From positions 1-64,000 of the IMG/VR virus record IMGVR_UViG_3300002220_003854: a stretch of 64,000 nt of DNA; one strand, 5' to 3'. Origin of the DNA: a virus. Its lineage: Duplodnaviria > Caudoviricetes. The position numbers and the translations under genes are program-made. Positions 28,876-38,282 of the stretch are shown here, piece after piece (the stretch's first letter is position 1; every line of letters begins with the position of its first letter). Under the pieces are notes generated by a model that was not told where the DNA came from, made no database searches, and saw only the letters and a list, made by a program, of their open reading frames with translations.

Positions 28876-29321
28876 GCTACTTATCTAACCCAACTAGTAA
28901 AACAGACTACGGTGTTGTCAAAGTAGGCAACTTTATAGACGTAGACACTGACGGGCTTATTTCAAGTCCTGAAATAATCGCAGGTCCTGGGGTGTCAGTA
29001 GAGTATGATATTGGGTACATCACAATATCTTCTACCGGGGCCGATTTAATTAACGTATACGGCACAACTACTAACTATACTGCTACAATAGATGACGAAT
29101 ACATTGGAGTTTATAGCACTAATGCAGTTACTATCACTTTACCACCAGGAGTTAACGGTAGAGTTTATTATGTCAAAGATGAGTATGGACAAGGTTCAGG
29201 AAAGATTACTATTCAACCTAGCTTAGGTGAAACCATCGATTCTAAACCTAATTATGTTATTAGTATACCTAATCAAAGTGCAGCTATGGTGTTTAGAGCA
29301 GGCATATGGCGATTGATTTAA
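28872..29321 (+). CDS. fibre/adhesin-like protein, paralogue of collagen protein C-domain
   Basis: DYGVVKVG; DDEYIGVYS..TITLP..VKDE..TID shared with 27442..28050. Confidence 0.7.
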   Translation: MSYLSNPTSKTDYGVVKVGNFIDVDTDGLISSPEIIAGPGVSVEYDIGYITISSTGADLINVYGTTTNYTATIDDEYIGVYSTNAVTITLPPGVNGRVYYVKDEYGQGSGKITIQPSLGETIDSKPNYVISIPNQSAAMVFRAGIWRLI

Positions 29322-29350
29322 AATAAAAGGGTCCTAGGACCCTTTTATTT
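29321..29350. terminator. bidirectional terminator between convergent genes
   Basis: aaataaaagggtcc-ta-ggacccttttattt palindrome. Confidence 0.85.
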
Positions 29351-29618
29351 ATTTACGTGGGCTAGCTTGATTTACGAACGCGTACATTCGTTCGGCTGTT
29401 TCTAATATTTTATCTAAGCCTGGAAATTCTGGCATTCCCACTTTAGTAACGACTTGCCCAGTCTTGGGATCCTTTTCGACTGATGTTTCCCATCCCATAT
29501 ACTTGTAATGAAAATCTTGCGCCACATAATCTTTCGCCATTGCTAAGATATCTGAGCGTATTTCATATCCGTTCTTGTTTATTTTCAATTCTGGCATTGA
29601 AGGTAATTTGTTTTCCAT
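29349..29618 (-). CDS. conserved small phage protein (NGYEIRSDILAMAK)
   Basis: ORF track; SD GGAG. Confidence 0.7.
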   Translation of the reverse strand: MENKLPSMPELKINKNGYEIRSDILAMAKDYVAQDFHYKYMGWETSVEKDPKTGQVVTKVGMPEFPGLDKILETAERMYAFVNQASPRK

Positions 29619-29672
29619 TAGTGTCTCCTCATGTATGTTAATATCTATTATAGGTTTATTAAACCTATTAGG

Positions 29673-29789
29673 TTAAAACCAATATCGATGATTTTTATAC
29701 TTTGCCATTATTGCGTTTTTTCTAGATTCTATTAGAACGTCCATAAAATTGCTGAGCCAAGCATAAAATTGTTTAAATGAATTTTTCAT
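29673..29789 (-). CDS. 38-aa basic peptide
   Basis: Manual translation MKIHLNNFYAWLSNFMDVLIESRKNAIMAKYKNHRYWF*. Confidence 0.45.
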   Translation of the reverse strand: MKNSFKQFYAWLSNFMDVLIESRKNAIMAKYKNHRYWF

Positions 29790-29939
29790 GTTAATGTCTA
29801 CCTATTATTGTAATATATTCTAGCGTGAATCTTTCTATGTCAGAGATAGTCAGAGGACTCTTACTCAAAACATATTTTTCTAATTCAGTGGCATATGATT
29901 TTTCTTTGCAGAAAAAATTTAACATTTTCTGTAGAATAA

Positions 29940-30170
29940 TCATATCCATTTCCTAGTCTTCCACAAGGAAGCGCAATCAGGTAACATGGTTGATACTGTT
30001 GTGATAGCGGTCAATCCAGTATCGAATGCTTCTCTAGCGATATCAGCTTGTATATCCACAATGTGATTCAATGCAGCGCTTACTTTAGAATCGCTGATGA
30101 AAGCACTAACTGCTTGTTTATTTGTTTTTTGCACCATGTCGATCATGGCATGTGTAATTGAACTAATCAT
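29940..30170 (-). CDS. small helical protein, phasin-like
   Basis: Start MISSITHAMID after AGGAG; amphipathic Ala/Gln helices. Confidence 0.5.
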   Translation of the reverse strand: MISSITHAMIDMVQKTNKQAVSAFISDSKVSAALNHIVDIQADIAREAFDTGLTAITTVSTMLPDCASLWKTRKWI

Positions 30171-30286
30171 ATATTTTCTCCTGTGTGTGTTGAGCAATTG
30201 CTCATTCTTATTTATATGCTGCACCCGCACATAATAATAAACTATTGCGAAAAATGGGTAATTATATAACGTCTAGGACGTGATAC

Positions 30287-30688
30287 TTAACGTAAATTGA
30301 TTGATGATAGATATTCTGACAATGATCCATGCAATGACATCCACATTGCAATCTTACTATCATAAAATCTAATGAATGGTTTATATGGTTTTGTTTTTCG
30401 ATCAAGTCCTAGATAATAAGGACATTTTATCTTTTTATCCAAATCTATCAGAAATCGATATTGCCCTTGATTACTTAGTGAATAGGTATAATCAAAGTAT
30501 TCGATTTCTGCTAGAGTGAATGCGACAACCCCATCATCTGTCAGTCTTAGACCAGATTGTCTTTTGGTAAACCACCATTTGCTCAGCAATGAATCAATGG
30601 GAAAATCATGATCATTGGTGAGTTCTTTGGGAATTTCAGCTAAGACAGCTTCGGTAATTTGTTCTTTTAATGACTTACTCGGCTTCAT
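30287..30688 (-). CDS. hypothetical protein
   Basis: ORF track. Confidence 0.65.
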   Translation of the reverse strand: MKPSKSLKEQITEAVLAEIPKELTNDHDFPIDSLLSKWWFTKRQSGLRLTDDGVVAFTLAEIEYFDYTYSLSNQGQYRFLIDLDKKIKCPYYLGLDRKTKPYKPFIRFYDSKIAMWMSLHGSLSEYLSSINLR

Positions 30689-30974
30689 TTGGGTACACAG
30701 TAGTACCTTTATTCATAAACACCACAGAAAATTTATCTGTTTTAAACTGTGCATTCAATTTCCTACAAAGGTTTCTAGCATGTCCCGGATTGCTAAAACT
30801 AGTTTTTTTGTATTTAGGCGTAGTGTGTGAATCTAGGTAATGCTGAGCCTTTAAGTTGATAGGTTGATCATTATAAAACACTGCCCATATGCCAGCAGCT
30901 TCTATTATTTGATCACACTTATAAGTCTTCTTGTCTACTAGTTCTAGTAGAATTTTTGGTTGAGTCCTACTCAC
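30675..30974 (-). CDS. conserved phage protein (MSRxQPKILLE)
   Basis: KYKKTSFSNPGHA motif; start codon is non-ATG in the track. Confidence 0.7.
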   Translation of the reverse strand: MSRTQPKILLELVDKKTYKCDQIIEAAGIWAVFYNDQPINLKAQHYLDSHTTPKYKKTSFSNPGHARNLCRKLNAQFKTDKFSVVFMNKGTTVYPNEAE

Positions 30975-31174
30975 TTGAAAGATCCGCCTTTAATATCTAA
31001 TTTAATTACTGGCTCAACATCGGATTTCTTTTCAGTGTCTGCGAACTTGTCTGCTATTAGCTTAGCCAACTCGTCGCGTAATCCCCTGGCTTCGGATATC
31101 GGGATTACTATGTCTTTACCCTGTTTACTTTCTATTATAGAAACTTTATCAATGAACCGTTTTATATGAATCAT
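30971..31174 (-). CDS. small hypothetical protein
   Basis: Late promoter GATAAATA at 31179-31186. Confidence 0.65.
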   Translation of the reverse strand: MIHIKRFIDKVSIIESKQGKDIVIPISEARGLRDELAKLIADKFADTEKKSDVEPVIKLDIKGGSFK

Positions 31175-31629
31175 AAGTTATTTATCTGTACTTTTGCCTC
31201 ATCTTCAGTTTTAAAAGGTCCTAAGTATGCATATCGTTGAACAAAAATATACTTCGGACAAAATACTACTTCAGTAGCTGAAGGTTGTTTCAATGCAAAC
31301 CAACCTGCCGCATGATAGCATTTACTCTTGAGTGTTTTTGTATACAGATGCAATTTACGCCTTACATCCAACATTGAATTATAAACTTTATTTGTGGTTG
31401 GATATTCTGAATACGGTAAATTAGTACCAGCACTAGGAGACTTTAAGGGTTGAAATTTAATATGAGTTTGCCGCTTAAGGTCGTTAGTGTCTTCATATTG
31501 AGTGCTGCTCCCGTGTATCTTTAAACTGACACCCGTGTTAGTTACGACAACGTTGCCTATTTTATTTTCGCCGTCAGTAACTATCCAGTATTGATCTTTA
31601 ATTATAGGTTTAGCTACTAAGTTCGTCAT
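31171..31629 (-). CDS. hypothetical protein
   Basis: ORF track. Confidence 0.65.
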   Translation of the reverse strand: MTNLVAKPIIKDQYWIVTDGENKIGNVVVTNTGVSLKIHGSSTQYEDTNDLKRQTHIKFQPLKSPSAGTNLPYSEYPTTNKVYNSMLDVRRKLHLYTKTLKSKCYHAAGWFALKQPSATEVVFCPKYIFVQRYAYLGPFKTEDEAKVQINNL

Positions 31630-31643
31630 GTGATTTTCCTTTA

Positions 31644-31907
31644 TTATGTATTTCGTAGTATATACATGACCGCGTCTGAGTCGGGAATCCTCACCAGATC
31701 ATGCGGATACTTATTATGTTCGCCGCTACTGTAGGCGCGTGCTTCTTTCAGAATTTCTTTTACACTAATCATTTTGGGATGCAGTTTTGTAACTCTACCG
31801 ATCATTAGTCTGTTTTTATGCGCTACAGCTACTATAGAATCGACCGTGATTACATTACCCAATCGATCAACGTGTTCAATCAGTTTAACACTTTTGTTAG
31901 ATGTCAT
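31644..31907 (-). CDS. small SH3-like phage protein
   Basis: DRLGNVITVDSIV motif. Confidence 0.55.
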   Translation of the reverse strand: MTSNKSVKLIEHVDRLGNVITVDSIVAVAHKNRLMIGRVTKLHPKMISVKEILKEARAYSSGEHNKYPHDLVRIPDSDAVMYILRNT

Positions 31908-32352
31908 TTTTAGTTAATTCGCTAATCAAAAGTAAATGGTCGTGGGCTTTTTTAACTGATGGGTTTGCCAGTAGTTTATTAGCCTCAGCGATCATGGCGT
32001 CTACACCAGCACTAGCTAGTTCACGACAGCTAGGACTAGTTAGGGTGGGCATTCTATCTGCAAATTCGTCACAGAATTTTTTCCACACTAATGCTTCATC
32101 TTTCGTAATTTTACTATGCATCGGTTTTAAGTTGCTAGCTTTGACCATAGCATCAGAAATGGCATCCAGTGCAACTTGTCCAGCTGCAATCATAGGTGCA
32201 TAGTCGGGATTTACATTGTATTTTCTACTAGTAATACCAGGATTGCAAATGATTAGATGCGTCCCTTTTGGATAGCTATCTAGCCAAGCACTATCATATT
32301 CTGCAACAGGTATGTAATCGTTACCAATCTTTTCATAGTAAACTTTTTTCAT
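31897..32352 (-). CDS. hypothetical protein
   Basis: ORF track. Confidence 0.65.
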   Translation of the reverse strand: MKKVYYEKIGNDYIPVAEYDSAWLDSYPKGTHLIICNPGITSRKYNVNPDYAPMIAAGQVALDAISDAMVKASNLKPMHSKITKDEALVWKKFCDEFADRMPTLTSPSCRELASAGVDAMIAEANKLLANPSVKKAHDHLLLISELTKNDI

Positions 32353-32356
32353 TATA

Positions 32357-33358
32357 TTACTTTAGCAGTGGGCCTACGTATGGCTGACTTAGCCATCGGC
32401 TATAAGTATCAGCCTGCTCTGAGATTTTTGTGAGTTCGAACTTACCACAGAACTTAAGCAGATGCATGCCAACTTGTCCGATAGCTACACGCTTTAGACT
32501 GTCAGTAATCGAAGTGTCTACCAAATGTTTGATATTGTCTGGCTGAGCTTTAAGATCGATTAATGTGGTATTACGTTCGTAATCATCACGAACCTTATGT
32601 TCGACTCCATTGTGGTCAGTCCATCGTTGCAGCATTAGATTGTTCCAACTAAATCCTTGCTTATGCCGATCTTCGAATGCTTCGATCAATCCAACTTTGT
32701 TTTTTGACCCTTTAGTACGAACACCGGGATAAGCAGAAAACACATTGTCAGTGGAGTCGCCGCGCATTACTTTCTCAAAAAGTACAAACGCGGGGTCTCC
32801 TACTGTTTTGGGTAGCTTGGTCTTCTTGTCAATGACTGGCTTTCCTTTGTTATTTAGAATGCCATTGATCGTGAATAGTTCCCCTGTGATACCGTTATAG
32901 CGGGAAACCTTCTCACTAATCAATTGATCAAAGTCAGTGTCGCTGGAATTGATGATGATTTCATCGTCTGGATGAAGGTAAATAAACCGAGCGATGATAT
33001 CGTCAGCTTCTGCCTGTGCTTGTCGCAATACACTGGCATTGGTCTTGTCGTTGAGAAACGTAGTAAACTGACTATATGCATCCCAGAACAACTTATCTTC
33101 TTCGATTTCTTTTTCGGTCAGCGAAGTTTTATCAACAACGCGATTTGCCTTGTATGGCTTGTAAAAATCTTTACGCCAACTACGGCCCTCGAGACAGAAA
33201 ATAACATGGTCTACCTGGTGCGCCCTGACAACCGCATTGATCGATGCAAGTGTGATGTGTAGAGACATGCCTACTTTTACCCACGGGTCTTCGTTGCGAG
33301 AAGCCACATGTCGGGCCCTAAAGAAAATGTTGGCCGTGTCATTGAGAATGTACCTCAT
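32357..33358 (-). CDS. rnh: RNase H / 5'-3' exonuclease (FEN-like)
   Basis: D.AN.FFR, SWRK..YKANR, EADD, SSDTDFDQL, GDSTDN. Confidence 0.85.
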   Translation of the reverse strand: MRYILNDTANIFFRARHVASRNEDPWVKVGMSLHITLASINAVVRAHQVDHVIFCLEGRSWRKDFYKPYKANRVVDKTSLTEKEIEEDKLFWDAYSQFTTFLNDKTNASVLRQAQAEADDIIARFIYLHPDDEIIINSSDTDFDQLISEKVSRYNGITGELFTINGILNNKGKPVIDKKTKLPKTVGDPAFVLFEKVMRGDSTDNVFSAYPGVRTKGSKNKVGLIEAFEDRHKQGFSWNNLMLQRWTDHNGVEHKVRDDYERNTTLIDLKAQPDNIKHLVDTSITDSLKRVAIGQVGMHLLKFCGKFELTKISEQADTYSRWLSQPYVGPLLK

Positions 33359-33392
33359 TCAATTATCCCATTAAAATAAAACATGCACTTAT

Positions 33393-33421
33393 TATACTAT
33401 ATATGCGTTTATAAATCAAAT
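33393..33421 (-). promoter_or_regulatory. sigma70-type promoter of rnh
   Basis: TTGATT-17nt-TATAAT. Confidence 0.6.
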
Positions 33422-33433
33422 ATTTTGGTTTGA

Positions 33434-33549
33434 GATAAATAAAAGTGTAGTTCGCGGAATGGGATTCCCAACTACTCTAATGCTTTAGGGAGCAATCAGC
33501 AATGTATTTAGATACGAGTAAAAGATGCTACGTTTATTGGATTCATTTG
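33434..33549 (+). pseudogene. relic homing-endonuclease cassette (late promoter, leader, ~16-codon stub)
   Basis: Leader homologous to 1703-1781; stub MYLDTSKRCYVYWIHL then runs into the convergent gene. Confidence 0.65.
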
Positions 33550-33999
33550 TCAACTAACCTCTGTCCTGCCGTTACCAAGGTCCCTTGTTCTAATAATACG
33601 AATATCATCACGATTTGTAGGGTCTGCTTGGTCTTGTTCGTAGATTTCTAATGCTACATTTCGGCACACTGTCTGAAACCATCGATCTACGATATTTTGG
33701 TCTGTGTCTTCTTTCTTGATCTTGTACCCAGCCCGAATCAGATTCAGAACAAACTTATCATTCCAATCTAACTCGAATGACCCATTATTAATGTCAGCAG
33801 GGTCTAACTCTACCCTAACAATTGAGATATAAGGTTCATCATTGCGTGTTGCTAACTCCTTAGCACTAAGCTCTGGTTCTTTTTTAGTTGGTTTGGGCTT
33901 TCGTGGGGCTGCTGGTTCTGGTTGTTGAGACTCAGGTGCAGGAGACGGTTGTGCATTTTCTGGTTTCTTCCTAAACCATTTAGCTATTTGTTCAAACAT
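33550..33999 (-). CDS. conserved hypothetical phage protein
   Basis: FELDWNDKFV..L..AGY. Confidence 0.7.
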   Translation of the reverse strand: MFEQIAKWFRKKPENAQPSPAPESQQPEPAAPRKPKPTKKEPELSAKELATRNDEPYISIVRVELDPADINNGSFELDWNDKFVLNLIRAGYKIKKEDTDQNIVDRWFQTVCRNVALEIYEQDQADPTNRDDIRIIRTRDLGNGRTEVS

Positions 34000-34068
34000 T
34001 ATTTTTGTACCTCTCGATAATAACAGAGTATTTAATTGCGATTTGTCTAATCACATAAACTTTTATAG

Positions 34069-35103
34069 TTATACGGGTTTGCCACCAGTCCAAGTTTCGT
34101 GTAGTTTAAAGCTAGCTAAGTTTTTTGCTTTTGCTTCTACCATTACATCAGCCCAGTCCCAGTGCGACTTAGCCCAAGCATTCACCGCATCAGACCACAT
34201 GTAATCACTATGGGCACGTAGCTTTTGCTTGTTGTGACCTTTATTGATTAATGCCTGCAAGTCGGGTAAGTCAGTAGTAGAGTGACCGGTGAGTACATCT
34301 TCTCGGCTAACACTATAATGCATCGTAGGACGAATACCTCGCCAGCTGTCAATGACCATTTTAATACGATCATCTGTAGCTTGAATGTATTCCCCGCAAT
34401 TAACCCAATGATGATGGATGTCCATAACGATTGGACAAAGGTCTTTAAGCTCTAGCACAGTATCTAAGTTGTGCGTAATTTCTTCGTTTTCAATTGTAAG
34501 ACAACTGCGGGCTTCGGGCGATAGTCGTTCATACGCGAGTCGAATGCCTTCGGGACCGGCTCGACCCGAAATGTGTACATTGATTTTAAAGTCTTGGAAT
34601 TGTTTACCGAATCCCATCCAACGGGCCATATCAGCATGATACTCAAACTCCTTGATACTATTATTTACTACCTCAGGTCGATCACTCGCGAGAACCACAA
34701 ATTGATCAGGGTGAAATGATAGGCGTACATCATGTTTTCGTGCTAGTTCGCCAATTGGGCGGAACCATCGTTCAAGGCTATCTTGAATATTGCGGTCTTG
34801 CCAGAAATCTGTAAATTCGGGCATGGTATAGAAACTCAACATATCACTAGTAATGCGAAGCATACGCAAGGGTTTGGGTAGTACGCTAACTACCCGTACG
34901 AGTGACATTGTGTGCAGAATATTTTCTTTTGCAACATCAAGAATCTTTTCTTCTACTTTTGCCCTAGAGTTACGCTTAGCCCATGCATAGGTTGTTCCAC
35001 CGGTGCAAAGTTCTTTATCATTAGTGATTTCGCCGGTTTTGTTGAGTTCTGCCCATTTACATGCAAAACCAACCCGCTTGACTGAACTATCGAAAGAATG
35101 CAT
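34069..35103 (-). CDS. uvsE: UV damage endonuclease
   Basis: RVGFACK, LRITSD, RLSFHPDQF, LTIEN, DIHHH, HYS..R, HSDY, MVEAKAKN. Confidence 0.9.
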   Translation of the reverse strand: MHSFDSSVKRVGFACKWAELNKTGEITNDKELCTGGTTYAWAKRNSRAKVEEKILDVAKENILHTMSLVRVVSVLPKPLRMLRITSDMLSFYTMPEFTDFWQDRNIQDSLERWFRPIGELARKHDVRLSFHPDQFVVLASDRPEVVNNSIKEFEYHADMARWMGFGKQFQDFKINVHISGRAGPEGIRLAYERLSPEARSCLTIENEEITHNLDTVLELKDLCPIVMDIHHHWVNCGEYIQATDDRIKMVIDSWRGIRPTMHYSVSREDVLTGHSTTDLPDLQALINKGHNKQKLRAHSDYMWSDAVNAWAKSHWDWADVMVEAKAKNLASFKLHETWTGGKPV

Positions 35104-35181
35104 ATTAACTGTCCACAATGATAAATAATATCTATAGTTTAACACTATTTAAAATATTTGTCAAATAAGCGGATCTAACAC

Positions 35182-36978
35182 ATGAAATTACAAGAATTAT
35201 ACGAGGGGGTTGCTCCCAAACTTCCAGGTGCTGCCGGCGGAGTGCAAATAATGACTCCACAACAATTTGTTGCCACGAACGCAGGGGATGAAGAACCTAG
35301 CTCAAAGCAAGATGACAATGAAGATATGACGGAAGGCTCAATGGCCGAAGTTGGATATTCTGATCAATTAGGCAAATTGAATGTCCAGGATTCTGTAATT
35401 TTAGCTAGTGCTAAACAAGTCGGTACGATAAGCCAGAAACCGGTAATGAAGTACGAGCAAGGCAACACTACATTATTTTTCTTTACGGAAGATGACAAAA
35501 TTTCGGCTCTAGTATTACTATCAGATCACAACAAATTGAGAGCAATTAAAAACTTCACTGGACAATCTGGACAAATATATGCTTTGATAAATTACATTGT
35601 CAATATTGCTAACACCAAATTAATAATAACTCCGGATGAACCATTGACTAAAGAAGGGTTTCAGTGGGTTGCTAAATTGATTAAAAATCCTGCTGGGCTA
35701 AAAATATTAGACCTTAACGGAGAACCCGCGAATATAGATTCACTGCGCACTGAGTGGCTAAAATCAAAATCTACTCAAGGCACCGAAACCGGTAACACTG
35801 GAATAATTATCAGCGAATCGTCTCGTCAATGGAAAATGAAGCTAAAAGAAAATGAAGCTAGGCTTATGCCACACATTTACTTTAATGTATCAACTACTAA
35901 CAAGCAAGGTATCGCAGAAGCAACCAAACTCCCAGCAAGTACCCGAGAATTAAAAGGACAAGAATTACAAGATTACCTAGATCGTATTCGCGAAAAAGAA
36001 AAAAAGAAAACTGACAAATATAAACTACCTTATATACATCGTAGTAGTGTATTAGGTTATTATAATGAAGAAGGTAAAAAATACGACACCGACGCCATCA
36101 AGGATGCGTTGAGACAGAGACCAAAAAAACTACTAAAGCAAAACGAGAAGATGAAGCACAGTAATGGAGAATTAGAACAGTTCTTCAATATTGGATTCGC
36201 TGCATTGACCGGGGTTGCATTAGACGAACAGACAAACGAAATAATTATTGTCAATACGTGTCCTGGCGCCGGTAGTTGTAAAATAGATTGCTTTGCTATG
36301 AAGGGCGGTAAAATCCAATTTGCTGGGCCATGGTTAAGTGACGGTAGAATATTATCATTCTTGTTGAATGACCCAGATGGATTCTTTAGTAAACTAGATG
36401 CAGAGATTAAGAAAGAAGAAAAGCTGGGTGATAAAGGTGGGTATACTGTGACTATACGTTGGCATGATGCAGGAGACTTCTTTAGCCCCGAATACACTGA
36501 TTTGGCATTCAAACTTGCTAAGGCTAACCCACATGTTCTGTTTTATGCATACACAAAAATTGCTAATGTCGTGTTAGCAGACAAACCTGCAAACTTTATA
36601 ATCAACTGGAGTGAAGGTGCTCACCCAAGTCAAGAAAAACAAATCAAAGCAGGAGATCCTAGTTTAGACCAAACGAAGAACAGTCGAATCATACCAAGTA
36701 GTATGTTCTACGATTTGTTAGTTAAGGACGAAAAGAAAAACTTAGTTAAGGGTCCAGACGGCCAATGGCAAGTGATACCTGATAAGTTACCTGAACTAAA
36801 ACAACGTTTAGCAAAAGCATACAACATCAGCCCTAATAGCATATTAAGTTATAGCGAATGGGATACAAAGGGTAAAAGAATTCCAAATATGAAATGGAAT
36901 GACATCATTACCCCAGGTGAACCTGATATCACTGCGAGAGATCCTGGTGTATTGAGTACTTTGTTATTGAAACATTAA
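35182..36978 (+). CDS. multidomain protein with C-terminal Gp88-like Cys-triad domain
   Basis: MKLQELYE start; TCPGAGSCKIDCFA and RWHDAGDFFS motifs. Confidence 0.7.
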   Translation: MKLQELYEGVAPKLPGAAGGVQIMTPQQFVATNAGDEEPSSKQDDNEDMTEGSMAEVGYSDQLGKLNVQDSVILASAKQVGTISQKPVMKYEQGNTTLFFFTEDDKISALVLLSDHNKLRAIKNFTGQSGQIYALINYIVNIANTKLIITPDEPLTKEGFQWVAKLIKNPAGLKILDLNGEPANIDSLRTEWLKSKSTQGTETGNTGIIISESSRQWKMKLKENEARLMPHIYFNVSTTNKQGIAEATKLPASTRELKGQELQDYLDRIREKEKKKTDKYKLPYIHRSSVLGYYNEEGKKYDTDAIKDALRQRPKKLLKQNEKMKHSNGELEQFFNIGFAALTGVALDEQTNEIIIVNTCPGAGSCKIDCFAMKGGKIQFAGPWLSDGRILSFLLNDPDGFFSKLDAEIKKEEKLGDKGGYTVTIRWHDAGDFFSPEYTDLAFKLAKANPHVLFYAYTKIANVVLADKPANFIINWSEGAHPSQEKQIKAGDPSLDQTKNSRIIPSSMFYDLLVKDEKKNLVKGPDGQWQVIPDKLPELKQRLAKAYNISPNSILSYSEWDTKGKRIPNMKWNDIITPGEPDITARDPGVLSTLLLKH

Positions 36979-36979
36979 T

Positions 36980-37792
36980 ATGAGAGCCATAGAATTTTTA
37001 CAAGAATCTGAAGTCGTTCAAGAAATTGAACGTCTTGATCCTACAGATTATCAGGGAGGAAAAAACTCCTTAAGTGATATGCAAACAGGAAAGCAAGTGA
37101 ATCCTTTACCGGGCGGTAGCGGTTTACTGTATTCAATTGGTCCCGGACGACACAATCATTATGCTATCAAACTGTGGGATCCAAAAGGTCCTGAGTTTGT
37201 CAAGGGCTACCCTAAACCTATCAGAAAACCAGATGAAGACAAGTGGGAATACCAAGATAGGATATATCGATGGGAAGCACTACAAGCAGCCAAAAATAAA
37301 AAGATGCCCGGTCAATTAATCGGTGAATTAACGCTCGACTCTGCTTCTTATTTTCCACTAAAAGATGCAGTGAAAGTTGATACGATTACAATAGACGAAG
37401 ATTATCGCGGATTAAGCCTTGCTAAAGCTTTATATGGGATAGTATTGACTATTATGAAGCGTCCATTGCTAGCTGGCGAGTTGCAGACACCTGGTGGTCG
37501 TAAAAATTGGGTCAGTTTAAACCAAATACCTGGTGTCGAAATGAAGGGGTATATGGTATTAAAATCGAATGACTTCACAGATGAAACAATCGACACTATT
37601 ATGGGCGAACTAGGAGGACAATACATTGGTAAACATAATATTGCAGAAAAGGAATACTTTGCATTTGACGTTCAACCTAATACTACCAACCAAGAACTAG
37701 AAGCTTATGTTAAAACACGCATTAACAAGGTGTATTCTGATAGTTATCGCGATATAACAACTGGATTATACGCGGTATGGGAAGGCCAATAA
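36980..37792 (+). CDS. GNAT-like protein with capsid-targeting-like N-terminus
   Basis: MRAIEFLQE; V.TITIDEDYRGLSLAKALY acetyl-CoA motif A; QTPGGRKNW. Confidence 0.65.
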   Translation: MRAIEFLQESEVVQEIERLDPTDYQGGKNSLSDMQTGKQVNPLPGGSGLLYSIGPGRHNHYAIKLWDPKGPEFVKGYPKPIRKPDEDKWEYQDRIYRWEALQAAKNKKMPGQLIGELTLDSASYFPLKDAVKVDTITIDEDYRGLSLAKALYGIVLTIMKRPLLAGELQTPGGRKNWVSLNQIPGVEMKGYMVLKSNDFTDETIDTIMGELGGQYIGKHNIAEKEYFAFDVQPNTTNQELEAYVKTRINKVYSDSYRDITTGLYAVWEGQ

Positions 37793-37793
37793 A

Positions 37794-38273
37794 GTGAGAA
37801 TCACTGAATTCGTAACTGAAGCATTTGACTCTGTGTATAAGTATGAACGCAGTATGGATAGTGGGTATTTCTATGACAATAAAGGTAAATTAATATCTGT
37901 CATCTTTGACGAATTGAGTTCAGATTTGTATATCTGGGCTGTCTCGTTCAAAAGCGAGAATACGTTTCAGTTAACAAAAACAGGGGATCAGTTCAAGATA
38001 TTAGCTACTGTTATTGCGATCATAAGAGAATGGGCTAGTCAAGCTAAACCTGCATTATTAACTTTCAGTTCTAATAAAGAAGACGGTAGCCGAAGCAAAA
38101 CATATCAAGCAATGGTCAACCGACTTGCACCTACGATAGGTTATGTAGATGTAACCAATAATATAGCCTTGCTAAGAGACCAAAACAAGCAGCAGTGGGT
38201 AAATAAAGTTAGGCGCGCACATTCAAATAGTGATATTTTCGTACTAGCTAGAACTGATCAACTACTAAAATAA
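37794..38273 (+). CDS. hypothetical protein (possible GNAT-like) with capsid-targeting-like N-terminus
   Basis: MRITEFVTE; TGDQFKILATV..SRSKTY. Confidence 0.6.
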   Translation: MRITEFVTEAFDSVYKYERSMDSGYFYDNKGKLISVIFDELSSDLYIWAVSFKSENTFQLTKTGDQFKILATVIAIIREWASQAKPALLTFSSNKEDGSRSKTYQAMVNRLAPTIGYVDVTNNIALLRDQNKQQWVNKVRRAHSNSDIFVLARTDQLLK

Positions 38274-38282
38274 GGATAATGA

